A stretch of 64,000 nucleotides of DNA from an uncultured Acidobacteriota bacterium (GTDB taxonomy: Bacteria; Acidobacteriota; Terriglobia; Acidiferrales; UBA7541): contig CAWHTN010000008.1 in the NCBI GenBank assembly GCA_963832265.1, positions 34,527 through 98,526 of the forward strand, given 5' to 3'. A model generated the notes under the pieces. It was not told the DNA's origin and ran no database searches. It saw only the letters and a program-made list of their open reading frames with translations. Positions 27,988 through 36,772 of this stretch are shown piece after piece. Position 1 is the stretch's first letter. Every line of letters begins with the position of its first letter. Both the position numbers and the translations under genes were made by a program.

Positions 27988-29172
27988 TCATTGTTGTTGG
28001 GCAAGAACTTTGGCCAGGATCTCGGTCAAGTGCGATTGAAATTGCGCAAATGAAAATGTTTTCTCGATGCGGTCTCTCCCACGCGCCCCCATTTCCCTGG
28101 CCCGGCCAGGATCGTTGAAAAGAGATTCGAGCGCTTGCGCGAGACGCCCGACATCCCCGTGCGGCACGAGCAAGCCCGTCACGCCGTCCTCCACGATGTC
28201 TGGAATACCTCCGTGCGCCCCGCCAATCACCGGTTTTCCGTGGGCCATGGCTTCCAGAAACACGAGGCCAAAACCTTCTCCCCGGCTGGGCAGCGCGAAG
28301 ACGTCACAGCTTGCGTAGCAGGCGAAGAGTTGCTCAGGCGTCAGACCGTGGAGAAAGTGCGCGTGTTCCGAAACACCGAGATCGCGAGCGAGCTGTTCCA
28401 GTCTTGGCCGGTCGTCTCCGTCGCCGACAAGCACGAGCGATGTGTCCGGCGCCGCTTTCAGGACACTCGGCAGAGCGGCAATTAAATTGTCCGCGCCTTT
28501 ATATTTTTCGGCGGTATCCCATCTGCCGACCGTCAAGATGATTCGGCCAGTCCGTGGAAAACCCGGCGGAGGCGAAAGCGGAACGGCCGCCGCCAGCCGC
28601 GCCTCAAATTCGGGGTCGAGACCCCAGGGGAGCCGCTGGACTTTGCCGGGAAGAATATGTTGCTCGGAAACGAGATGCTGCACCGTGTCCGCGCTCGGCC
28701 CAATGACCAAATCCGCGCGGCGGAGCGCGGCGCCGCGCGGCCAGCCGAGCGGTTGCCACACCTCGATGCCGTGGGTGAAGACCATCGACCGGAATTTCCC
28801 GCCGCGCGTTTTCATGGCCCACTGGATGGGAGCTAAATGCGGGTGAAGCGCAATCACCAGGGCCGGTTTGCGGCTCGCCGCGCGCAGCGCTGCCAGCGCG
28901 AATTGGATCTTGCTCCCCGCATAGCCGGAAGCGGAAAATTCCAGCGAACCAACGCGCACAGTGTGCAATCCCTGCGGATCGTTGAGGCTCAGGAAACGGG
29001 CCGTCATGCCCCGGTCAGAAGCAAATTTCGCGGTCACAGCGGCAACGTGGCGGCTGGCGCGCTGAACGCCGCCGGCCGGGAGCACGTCCGTGAATAATCC
29101 CACGATGGAGCTCATTCGCGTAACACGACTGGCCTCATTGGGCGCCGCGCAATCCCGCATTTCCGAGAACAT
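27988..29172 (-). CDS. Glycosyltransferase family 4 (GT-B)
   Basis: PSRGEGFGLVFLEAMAHGKPVI motif. The true start may be Met-20 (29115). Confidence 0.85.
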   Translation of the reverse strand: MFSEMRDCAAPNEASRVTRMSSIVGLFTDVLPAGGVQRASRHVAAVTAKFASDRGMTARFLSLNDPQGLHTVRVGSLEFSASGYAGSKIQFALAALRAASRKPALVIALHPHLAPIQWAMKTRGGKFRSMVFTHGIEVWQPLGWPRGAALRRADLVIGPSADTVQHLVSEQHILPGKVQRLPWGLDPEFEARLAAAVPLSPPPGFPRTGRIILTVGRWDTAEKYKGADNLIAALPSVLKAAPDTSLVLVGDGDDRPRLEQLARDLGVSEHAHFLHGLTPEQLFACYASCDVFALPSRGEGFGLVFLEAMAHGKPVIGGAHGGIPDIVEDGVTGLLVPHGDVGRLAQALESLFNDPGRAREMGARGRDRIEKTFSFAQFQSHLTEILAKVLAQQQ

Positions 29173-29499
29173 CGGGAGAGTCTACATCACGCCGGGGAGC
29201 TGTGACATTGGATGTGGTGATGGAAATCATCGCATCACCAACTGGAATAAGGGCTTCCCTGGTGGACCGCAATCACGTGCAACCCCCCGCTTAAATTACA
29301 ACATGGCAATGGGTTAGTTTCCGGATGCGTCGTCATTCGGGAGTTGGCCATCGGTACTCTCCGATCTCTCGCGAACCTGCTCTGGCGGCAAACTCGTTGT
29401 GTCGTAGGCAGGAGAAGCGTACGATGCGCGAGACGGCCAGAAATCCTGCTACTGCGGCGAAGGCGATAAAACTAAAGTGACGACGCGGGGGACAGAGCT

Positions 29500-31026
29500 A
29501 TGAAGCCCATGGCGAGGATCGCACCGCTGACTGCGTTGGTGCTTCTATCTACAGCCTCCATGGCACAGATGAGACCTGGAGCAAAGGTCGAGAAGACCTA
29601 TGGCCTTGGCTTGCCGCGCGACATGGACAAACTCGTCATCGACGACAGCGAATATCCCGACTATCCGCTCAAGCCGGGCCAGGAAGCATACAAGGACGTG
29701 GACGGTTACCGCATCAAGGAATTGATCAAGAAATTCACCGCCATTTCCCTGAAGAGCCTGGATGACGGCGAACAGTATTGGGGCCGCGTCACCGGCACGA
29801 AATACGACAAGATGACCTCGGAGTTGATGGCCGATGAGTTCAGCAAGCTGGGTCTAAAAATCACGCGCCAACCCTTCACTGTGAAGGAACTCTGGTATCC
29901 AACCCACTGGGAGGGGAGCTACAGAGCAGGCGGCAAAACTGGCACGTTGCTGACGCTTTTTCCCGTCAACGAAACCAAGCCGACACCCGCAGCCGGCATC
30001 ACCACCGAAGCCCTCTGGGTGGGTATAGGTGCAGCGCCCGATTTGCTGGGCCGTGACCTCAAAGGCAAAGCCGTCCTCGTGTACAGCACCTTCGTGCCCG
30101 GCGGGCGCAGTCACTCCGCCAGCGACCGGGCCAGCCTCTTCAATTCGGATACGCTGGTGACCAAGGCCGGAGCAGCCATGATCATCAACATCATGGCCGT
30201 GCCCGGCAATGGGCAGTTCAACCCAGAAGGCGCTCCCACAGGCCCCGACGCCGTCCCTACCATGACGATCAGCCAGGATGAAGGCTTTTTGCTACGCGAC
30301 TTGCTCGCAACCGGCGAGAAGGTGCAGATCAGCCTCAAGCTCGACATCGCGAATCGCGAGAACGTGCCAAGCCAAAATGTCTATGCTGTCCTGCCAGGTG
30401 CCTCCGACGAAGAGGTTATGGTGATGGCGCACACCGACGGCTTTTTCCAGGGCGCCATGGACAACGCCAGCGGCATGGCCACGGCTATTGATATCGCCCG
30501 GCACTATGCCGCGATCCCACAGGCGCAGCGACTGCGCACGATGGTCTTCGTCGCGACTCCCGATCATCACCACGGCGAGACCGGGCTCCATCTGATGATT
30601 ACGACTCATGATTGGAGCAAGGTGGCGGTAGTGCTAAACGCCGAGCACACCTCGCAGACCCTGCTCTATATGTATAACGCCGATGTGATAACCTCCAATG
30701 CAGTCAGCGCCCGGCGTTGGTTTGCCAGCGGCAGCCCTGAATTCCAACAACTGGTCAGGAAGACACTGCAAGACTTCAACGTCTCGGTATACAAGGTGCC
30801 GGAGGCTCGGGCCGGCGGTTCGCTGGGCCCCGTCAGCCCTTATGCGCCATCTTTCCACATCATCGACCACGTGATCTATCACACAACGTTGGACACCCCC
30901 GAATTGGTGCCGGCCGTTGGCCTTGCCTGGAGCGAGCGGGCCTTCCTGAAAATCATCGATGAAACTAACAAGATGACCATGGCTCAGATCCGGGGAAGCA
31001 GCAAACTGCCAAACCCAATCAAGTAG
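29500..31026 (+). CDS. Secreted M28-family aminopeptidase with PA domain
   Basis: Signal peptide ending SMAQ. Zinc-ligand-type motifs MAHTDGFFQGAMDNASGMA and VVLNAEH. Confidence 0.65.
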   Translation: MKPMARIAPLTALVLLSTASMAQMRPGAKVEKTYGLGLPRDMDKLVIDDSEYPDYPLKPGQEAYKDVDGYRIKELIKKFTAISLKSLDDGEQYWGRVTGTKYDKMTSELMADEFSKLGLKITRQPFTVKELWYPTHWEGSYRAGGKTGTLLTLFPVNETKPTPAAGITTEALWVGIGAAPDLLGRDLKGKAVLVYSTFVPGGRSHSASDRASLFNSDTLVTKAGAAMIINIMAVPGNGQFNPEGAPTGPDAVPTMTISQDEGFLLRDLLATGEKVQISLKLDIANRENVPSQNVYAVLPGASDEEVMVMAHTDGFFQGAMDNASGMATAIDIARHYAAIPQAQRLRTMVFVATPDHHHGETGLHLMITTHDWSKVAVVLNAEHTSQTLLYMYNADVITSNAVSARRWFASGSPEFQQLVRKTLQDFNVSVYKVPEARAGGSLGPVSPYAPSFHIIDHVIYHTTLDTPELVPAVGLAWSERAFLKIIDETNKMTMAQIRGSSKLPNPIK

Positions 31027-31271
31027 ATTGACCACGCACACGTCAACGCAAGGAGTTGGCTTGATCCCCCGGAGCCGAGAGCGACGGCCACATTCTGATA
31101 ACCCCTGCAAGTCTTCAATAAAACAAGGCTTTTTGCGTGGTTTGAGGCGATAACTTCTGGTTTGTCGGCTACTCGGAAACTGGCCCGCTGCGGACAACGC
31201 GGCTCTCTATGCGGCAATGTGATTTGCTGTTACGCTGACCGTTCGTTTTGCCAGCCGAGGGGGATCATAGC

Positions 31272-32268
31272 GTGGCCGGAAATCCGAAGCGCATTTTGCT
31301 GACGGGCGGAGCCGGATTCATCGGCTCGCATGTGGCGGAGGCTTTGCTCCGCAACCATGCTTCAGTTGAGCATCGTGGACAACCTCGACGAGTTCTATTC
31401 TCCCGCGTGGAAAAAAGCCAATCTCGAATCGATTCGCAAAATCGCGCCATTCGATTTTTTTGATCAAGACATTTGTGCGATGGAGCGCATGCGGAGAACT
31501 GTCGCCAGCGTCCGGCCGGATGCGATCATTCATCTTGCGGCCCGGGCCGGCGTTCGCCCATCGATCGAGCAGCCACGGCTCTACGAGCAGGTGAATGTGG
31601 CCGGCACGGTGAATTTGCTCGAGCTCTGCAGGGAATTCCAAGTGTCGCGGCTGATCTTCGGGTCTTCGAGTTCCGTGTATGGCGCGAGCAGCCGGGCGCC
31701 ATTTTCCGAAGAGCAATCCGGCCTGCGCCCGATCTCGCCGTACGCCGCCACCAAGCTCGCGGGGGAATTGTTTTGCTACACGTACGCGCATCTTTACAAA
31801 CTGCCGGTGATGGCTCTCCGGTTCTTCACCGTGTACGGACCGCGGCAGCGGCCTGACCTCGCCATTCACAAATTCGTCGCTCGCATCGAGGCGGGAAAAC
31901 CGCTCCCCATTTTCGGGGACGGAGAATCGGGGCGGGATTACACGTATGTGGATGACATCGTCGCAGGCGTCCTCGGCGCGCTCGATTACGATTTTTCTTC
32001 CACGGACGGAGCGCCCTTTGAAATCTGCAATCTCGGCAATTCTCAACCGGTAAAACTTTCGGAACTGGTTCGCATGCTCGAACGCGCGACCGGGAAGAAA
32101 GCGATCGTCCAGCGGGAAGCGCCGCAACAGGGCGACGTGCCCCTGACGTGGGCCGATATTTCAAAAGCAGGGAAGCTGCTCGGCTACCGCCCGCAAACAA
32201 CGCTAGAGGAAGGGCTCAAGAAATTTGTCGCGTGGTATCGCGCCGCCGATCCGAGCCAGCGCGCGTGA
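31272..32268 (+). CDS. NAD-dependent sugar-nucleotide epimerase/dehydratase (UDP-glucuronate 4-epimerase-like); frame broken near 31350-31375
   Basis: The Rossmann motif ILLTGGAGFIGSH is in ORF 31248..31463. The rest (IVDNLDEFY, SSSSVYG, PYAATK catalytic YxxxK) is in ORF 31330..32268, one frame over. Confidence 0.75.
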
Positions 32269-32687
32269 AACTGAAATATTCAGAACCCGGTCCCGTCATC
32301 TGACTCTGGCAGACACGATCCTTCAATTGAGCACGTCTTTTCACGGGAACCCACCTTCCGATCGAATCTGCTCTTCGGCAGTAAGCCAAAGTTACAGGTC
32401 TTAACGCACTTGTTGGAAAAAATGTACAACGACGGGAATCCAGACGAACTTGGGCAGGCGCGGGGGGAAGACACGCCCCGGTGTCAGTTTGGAACGCAAC
32501 GGTTCGGGCGGTGATTGCGGACTACCGCCAAGAAGCTATTCTTGTTGAGACGATCGAGCAGCGCCTCGACCAACTGACTGCGGCTGGCGGGAGAGAAGAA
32601 TTCGCTAGACCCGTCGCAGAGTTTATCTCGTAGATACAAGCAGGGGACACCCCGTCTACTTAAGTAGCCGATTGAGGGATTGCAAAA

Positions 32688-33212
32688 ATGAATGCACCTA
32701 TTAACAAGACTTGCCGTGCCACGAAGCGGGACCAGTCAAAATGCCAGGCTTCGGCATCTCCTGGATCGGAGTTCTGCTTTTTTCATGATCCATCGAAAGC
32801 CGAAGAACGTCGGGAAGCACAAGCACAAGGAGGGCGCCAGAACCGCATGAAGACGCTAGACGCCACAGCAGCTGACGTGAATGTCGAAGACTGCGGGGAC
32901 GCAAGAGCTCTCCTAGTGCGAACTATTAATCAGGTTCTTAAGGGCGAGATTGACCCAAGGATTGCGAATTCGGTGGGCTTCCTAACAAACCTCCTGATGA
33001 AAGCGGCGGAACAACATGAGTTGGAAACACGGATCGAACAACTTGAAGAACTGCTCAAAGTGCAAACCACAACATTCGACCTAACGTTGACAGGGACAGA
33101 CGATGAACAACTCAGCGAAAAGCAAGCGACTGGACAAGATAGAACTTCAGCTGACACCGAAGCAATGGGCGATCAGACTGGCCGACGAGATAAGACGATA
33201 CCCATCTCTTGA
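32688..33212 (+). CDS. Hypothetical protein with N-terminal Cys/His cluster
   Basis: CRATKRDQSKCQASASPGSEFCFFH (C-x9-C-x10-C-x2-H), then a helical region and an acidic low-complexity tail. The last 110 nt overlap the next ORF. Confidence 0.5.
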   Translation: MNAPINKTCRATKRDQSKCQASASPGSEFCFFHDPSKAEERREAQAQGGRQNRMKTLDATAADVNVEDCGDARALLVRTINQVLKGEIDPRIANSVGFLTNLLMKAAEQHELETRIEQLEELLKVQTTTFDLTLTGTDDEQLSEKQATGQDRTSADTEAMGDQTGRRDKTIPIS

Positions 33213-34011
33213 GGCTCTCACGAAGGTGATCGCGAAAGGTACTTATCGAGAATCACCATTCAAAGCGCCGTTTTACTGCCTGGAAGAACAGGCTAAAGAG
33301 TGCTGGCCAAAAGACGCCCGTAGAGAGTTTGAACTGAGCAATAGACTTCGGATGGAATTTCAGGCGCTGAAGTCACTGATAATTCGCATCAACGAGGAGA
33401 TGCTTATAAAGGCGGAGAGGAACAGACTGAGGATGCAGCTGCTGGCGTCAAAGCTTAAGAATCTGATGTATAAGGGCGTCTTCGCGCTCAGTGGCTTCCC
33501 CGAAGTGTTAAAGGAAAGTTCAGCGAGCCTGGCACGGTTGCGCCATTCTTCGCTACTCGATGATTGGGCCAATGATTCGAGCGCGCTATTTAAGGAGACA
33601 CTCGCAGACAAGGCTGCGGTTCAGACCGTTCAGGAAAACTATTTTGAGAGCCACCCAATTCTTTACGAAGACATTGAAACTGCAGTTGAATTGACAATCC
33701 AGTCGGTCCGTGAGGCGATTGTAGGGTTCAATGATTACCGCAAGGATCAAGCCGACTTGACCAATCAAGTGTCTGATCAGGAGCAACAGAAAACCGGGAT
33801 TGCAAATGCCATGCCTTTCGAACCCGAGAACGGCCTGCAAATCGATATCGAAGCCCTTGAGAAAGGCGACGAGATGTTGGTCCAATCTATCGTCGAGAAG
33901 TGGATCATGAATGCCCGAGTCACTGGAATTGCCGATATACTGAAAGAAACTGGTAAACACGAAGACTTCCTCTGGAAAGACCTTCGGAAGAATATGGGAC
34001 TGGAATCCTGA
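33103..34011 (+). CDS. Hypothetical all-helical protein, 302 aa
   Basis: Long ORF in a ~47% G+C region with no recognisable motif. Its frame opens only at 33091, so ATG 33103 is the first possible start. Confidence 0.55.
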   Translation: MNNSAKSKRLDKIELQLTPKQWAIRLADEIRRYPSLEALTKVIAKGTYRESPFKAPFYCLEEQAKECWPKDARREFELSNRLRMEFQALKSLIIRINEEMLIKAERNRLRMQLLASKLKNLMYKGVFALSGFPEVLKESSASLARLRHSSLLDDWANDSSALFKETLADKAAVQTVQENYFESHPILYEDIETAVELTIQSVREAIVGFNDYRKDQADLTNQVSDQEQQKTGIANAMPFEPENGLQIDIEALEKGDEMLVQSIVEKWIMNARVTGIADILKETGKHEDFLWKDLRKNMGLES

Positions 34012-34454
34012 GCAGGATAAGAGTGATCTGCCCGCAGATAAGATCAAACTAGTTAGAAATACGACAGTTGCTCCCACTTGTAAGTTGCCGAAAATAGGTG
34101 ACCCCGCGAGACCGGCGCCCTGCTTCTCAGCAACTGCCAGTTATAATCCAATTAACTTGCATCCCAAATTTCCTAGATATGACGAGCTGAGCCAGGAGTG
34201 GCCAGTCGGTTCAAGCGACGGTTGATCAAATGTCAATGTCTTCTTTAGTTTAACCAGATGCGGGTCATCGAGCACATTCGGTGCCGTGGATTTGATGTAT
34301 TGAAATTTAAATATCTGATTGATGATTCCAATGCGTCAAGGAAAAATCGCGTCGCGGAGAGAATCCTGCAAAGCCCCCATACCCAAAAATTTAGTGAACC
34401 GCACTTTTAAAATCGGATCGTCTTTGCCCAAGTCCACTCAACTGTCGACGTTGG

Positions 34455-34673
34455 TTATGCCCGCCTCCTAGTTCGCCGCTTCAATGTAGATAACTCCGCA
34501 GTGACACTCGTAACCTCGTTCCGAACGGCACGATCGAGAAGGAATTCGATCTGTCTATTGAGCGAACGATGTTCTTGATTTGCGAGCTCAGCTATCTTTA
34601 CTTTGAGACTTGCGGGTATTCGTATCAGGAGCCGCGCGCGTGGTTCTACTGGTGGCCTAGGCATGGCACTCAC
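34455..34673 (-). CDS. Arc/MetJ-type ribbon-helix-helix DNA-binding protein (putative island repressor)
   Basis: ARLLIRIPASLKVKIAELANQEHRSLNRQIEFLLDRAV fits the beta-strand/helix/helix pattern of Arc-family RHH proteins. Divergent from the recombination module. Confidence 0.7.
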   Translation of the reverse strand: MSAMPRPPVEPRARLLIRIPASLKVKIAELANQEHRSLNRQIEFLLDRAVRNEVTSVTAELSTLKRRTRRRA

Positions 34674-34688
34674 ATGAGAATTTATTTG

Positions 34689-34725
34689 TTGACATCTTAT
34701 GCCACAATGATATCATTATGATATC
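34689..34725 (+). promoter_or_regulatory. Candidate promoter with overlapping operator repeats
   Basis: TTGACA (34689-34694), 16 nt, TATCAT (34711-34716). Palindrome ATGATATCAT (34707-34716), with ATGATATC repeated 11 bp later (34718-34725). Confidence 0.5.
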
Positions 34726-34758
34726 TTGATTTGCTCAACGCACTCTAGGAGTACCAAA

Positions 34759-35535
34759 ATGCGAATAGTCGAGACGAACTCCACGGCTAAGCTAGTACGT
34801 CAGAACCTACACGTAGTCAAGCAGCTTTATCCGGGTCTGCGGCAGCAGGACTTTCAAGCTTTGCGTTCTCTGACTCGAACATTAAACCTTTGCGTTTTGA
34901 ACGGGGAGATTCTCAACATTGAAGGGAAGTGGTACGTAACGCACGCTGGACTCCTTCAAATCGCTTTGCGGCGGCGGTGCTTCGGAATTCGCACTTCTCT
35001 TCAGGAGAAAATCTCCGACCCCAACGCTTGCCGCTGGGTCTTCAAGGCGACCGTCTACAAATCTCCCCGCTCACGCGGCTTCGTCGGCTACGGTGATGCC
35101 GATCCATCCAACGTCTCTTCTCTGGTCCACGGCGCCGAAATGCGCGTCGCCGAAACTCGCGCCGTCAACCGCGCCCTCCGCAAGGCTTACGGCATCGGAC
35201 TTTGTTCGGTCGAGGAGCTCGGCTGGGCGCCTAGACCTAGTGCTCCTGTTTCATCCGGTCAACACAGGGCTCCATCAAATGGAAATAACGGTCACGAGAA
35301 CGGCCGGCCTCGACTCCGCGACCGCCTTTGCCTGTTGATCCGCCAGCACCACCTCGATGCTGCCCTCGTGAAAGCCTATGCCGCCGACTACTGTGGCACC
35401 CCCACTCTGCGAGATGCCAGCCGGGATCAGGTCGAAGCCTTCATCAACGATTTGGCCGAGCGCGCCGACAAAAATCGCGACGCGCTAGTCTGTACGCTGA
35501 ATGCCTACAGAAAGCAACCGGCGGTCAACTCATGA
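34759..35535 (+). CDS. Rad52/Sak-like single-strand annealing protein (tentative)
   Basis: ATG after AGGAG. GFVGYGDADPSNV...AEMRVAETRAVNRALRKAYGIGLCSVEEL resembles the Rad52-family core (GyG ... AeTdAlKRAlr-FG-G). Followed by a nuclease gene. Confidence 0.5.
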   Translation: MRIVETNSTAKLVRQNLHVVKQLYPGLRQQDFQALRSLTRTLNLCVLNGEILNIEGKWYVTHAGLLQIALRRRCFGIRTSLQEKISDPNACRWVFKATVYKSPRSRGFVGYGDADPSNVSSLVHGAEMRVAETRAVNRALRKAYGIGLCSVEELGWAPRPSAPVSSGQHRAPSNGNNGHENGRPRLRDRLCLLIRQHHLDAALVKAYAADYCGTPTLRDASRDQVEAFINDLAERADKNRDALVCTLNAYRKQPAVNS

Positions 35536-35966
35536 AGCGTCATATCCCAGGTTTGCATGGCGACAGTCCCAACACTCCAAGCGTCTTGGAGGGTATTTTC
35601 CTGGCCCGCGTCGATAGGGTCTTTTTCCGCTGGCATCCCGAGCGACCGTTCTACGTCCTGCGACTCATTATTCTTGAGCCAAGAGAACATGAAGGCCGTT
35701 CCCTCAACGGTCGCCTCTACTGCACTCCCAAAGCACTCTGGAAACTCCGCTGGTTCCTGCGGGACTTTGGCTATGACCCCGATCTCTTGGGCCGAGACGA
35801 AGTGGACGAAAAGGCGCTCGTCGGCCTTCGTGGAATCGTTCGGATTTCCCGCACCACCCTGAACGGCCGCTCGTTTCTCAATCTCGGCGGGTTTGCTCCA
35901 GTCAGTGAATGGGAAGAACTCTCTCCAACCTCGACAAGCAGCCAGGAGGTGGCCCGTGACGTTTAG
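35532..35966 (+). CDS. Hypothetical phage protein, DUF669-like (SSB-like accessory) suspected
   Basis: ATGA overlap with the annealase gene. 144 aa. The pattern GIFLARV...HEGRSLNGRLYCTPKALWKLRWFLRDFG is reminiscent of DUF669. Weak. Confidence 0.35.
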   Translation: MKRHIPGLHGDSPNTPSVLEGIFLARVDRVFFRWHPERPFYVLRLIILEPREHEGRSLNGRLYCTPKALWKLRWFLRDFGYDPDLLGRDEVDEKALVGLRGIVRISRTTLNGRSFLNLGGFAPVSEWEELSPTSTSSQEVARDV

Positions 35967-36759
35967 CTACACGCAGGTTTCGCAATACTTACGCTGTCCG
36001 AGGAGCTACCGCTTTCGGTATCTGGACGGATGGAGGGAGAAGGAGTCTCGGGCGGCGCTGTGCTTCGGTCGGTGTTTTGAGAAGGCTATTGCGGCACTCT
36101 TCGAGCGCGAGGACGCGGGAGCAGTTTTGTTCAAGGAGTGGGGAGCGTACCGCGACGTTCCGCTCGAATACTCCCACGGAGATGACTGGGAGCGCCTGCT
36201 TCGTCAGGGAATCGGCCTCTTGGAACAGTTCGGCCGAGATAACCGCATCCGCATTCGCCAACCCAAACACAACATGCAGAAGAAGATTATCCGCTCGCTC
36301 TCGAGCGGCAACGAGTTTGTGGCCTACGTCGATGCCGTTGGCCACCTGGACGGCACGCGGCGTTTGCTGGAATGGAAAACCACGAGTGCCCGTTACGCGG
36401 AGCAACCCGAGGGGCTGACATCGCTTGACCTTCAGCTTGTCTGCTACTCCTGGATCACGGGTATCTCCGATGTCGCCATTGTGGCGTTTGTGAGGAAACG
36501 TGTTCCGGAGATTCAATACCTGCTGGCTTCGATCACGGAAGAGCAGCGTCAGGAGTTTGGCCAATTGGTCGAAGCGACCGCCCGTCAAATCGAAACTGCT
36601 CAGTTCCCATCCCACCCAGGAATCCGTTTCCCGCAGAACGGGTGCGTCAGCTGTGCCCACCTCGGCCTGTGCCTTGGGAACGATTCACTCGTTGGGACCA
36701 AACTCATTCGTCAACCAGGAGCGAGCGACCTTGATTGGCTTGACGTGCTTGACGACTAA
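35956..36759 (+). CDS. PD-(D/E)XK nuclease, Cas4/RecB-like with 4-Cys cluster
   Basis: GTG start 6 nt after AGGAGG. N-terminal YLRCP. Motifs VDAVGHLD and LLEWKT (D...ExK). C-terminal GCVSCAHLGLC (CxxCx5C). Confidence 0.7.
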   Translation: MTFSYTQVSQYLRCPRSYRFRYLDGWREKESRAALCFGRCFEKAIAALFEREDAGAVLFKEWGAYRDVPLEYSHGDDWERLLRQGIGLLEQFGRDNRIRIRQPKHNMQKKIIRSLSSGNEFVAYVDAVGHLDGTRRLLEWKTTSARYAEQPEGLTSLDLQLVCYSWITGISDVAIVAFVRKRVPEIQYLLASITEEQRQEFGQLVEATARQIETAQFPSHPGIRFPQNGCVSCAHLGLCLGNDSLVGTKLIRQPGASDLDWLDVLDD

Positions 36760-36772
36760 AGGAAGGCCTCTC

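Noticed and set aside
32481-32633. 50-aa GTG-initiated ORF (VSVWNATVRAVIADYRQEAILVETIEQRLDQLTAAGGREEFARPVAEFIS) at the left edge of the island
   Set aside because: It looks protein-like and might be a gene remnant, for example the C-terminus of a lost island gene. It has no convincing RBS or ATG, falls below the ORF-track threshold and shows no recognisable motif, so it is not called as a feature.
34080-34454. Toxin partner making the RHH gene a type II toxin-antitoxin pair
   Set aside because: Downstream of the RHH gene on its own strand, the longest reading frame I found is 14 codons, and upstream lies the divergent promoter region. A repressor role fits better.
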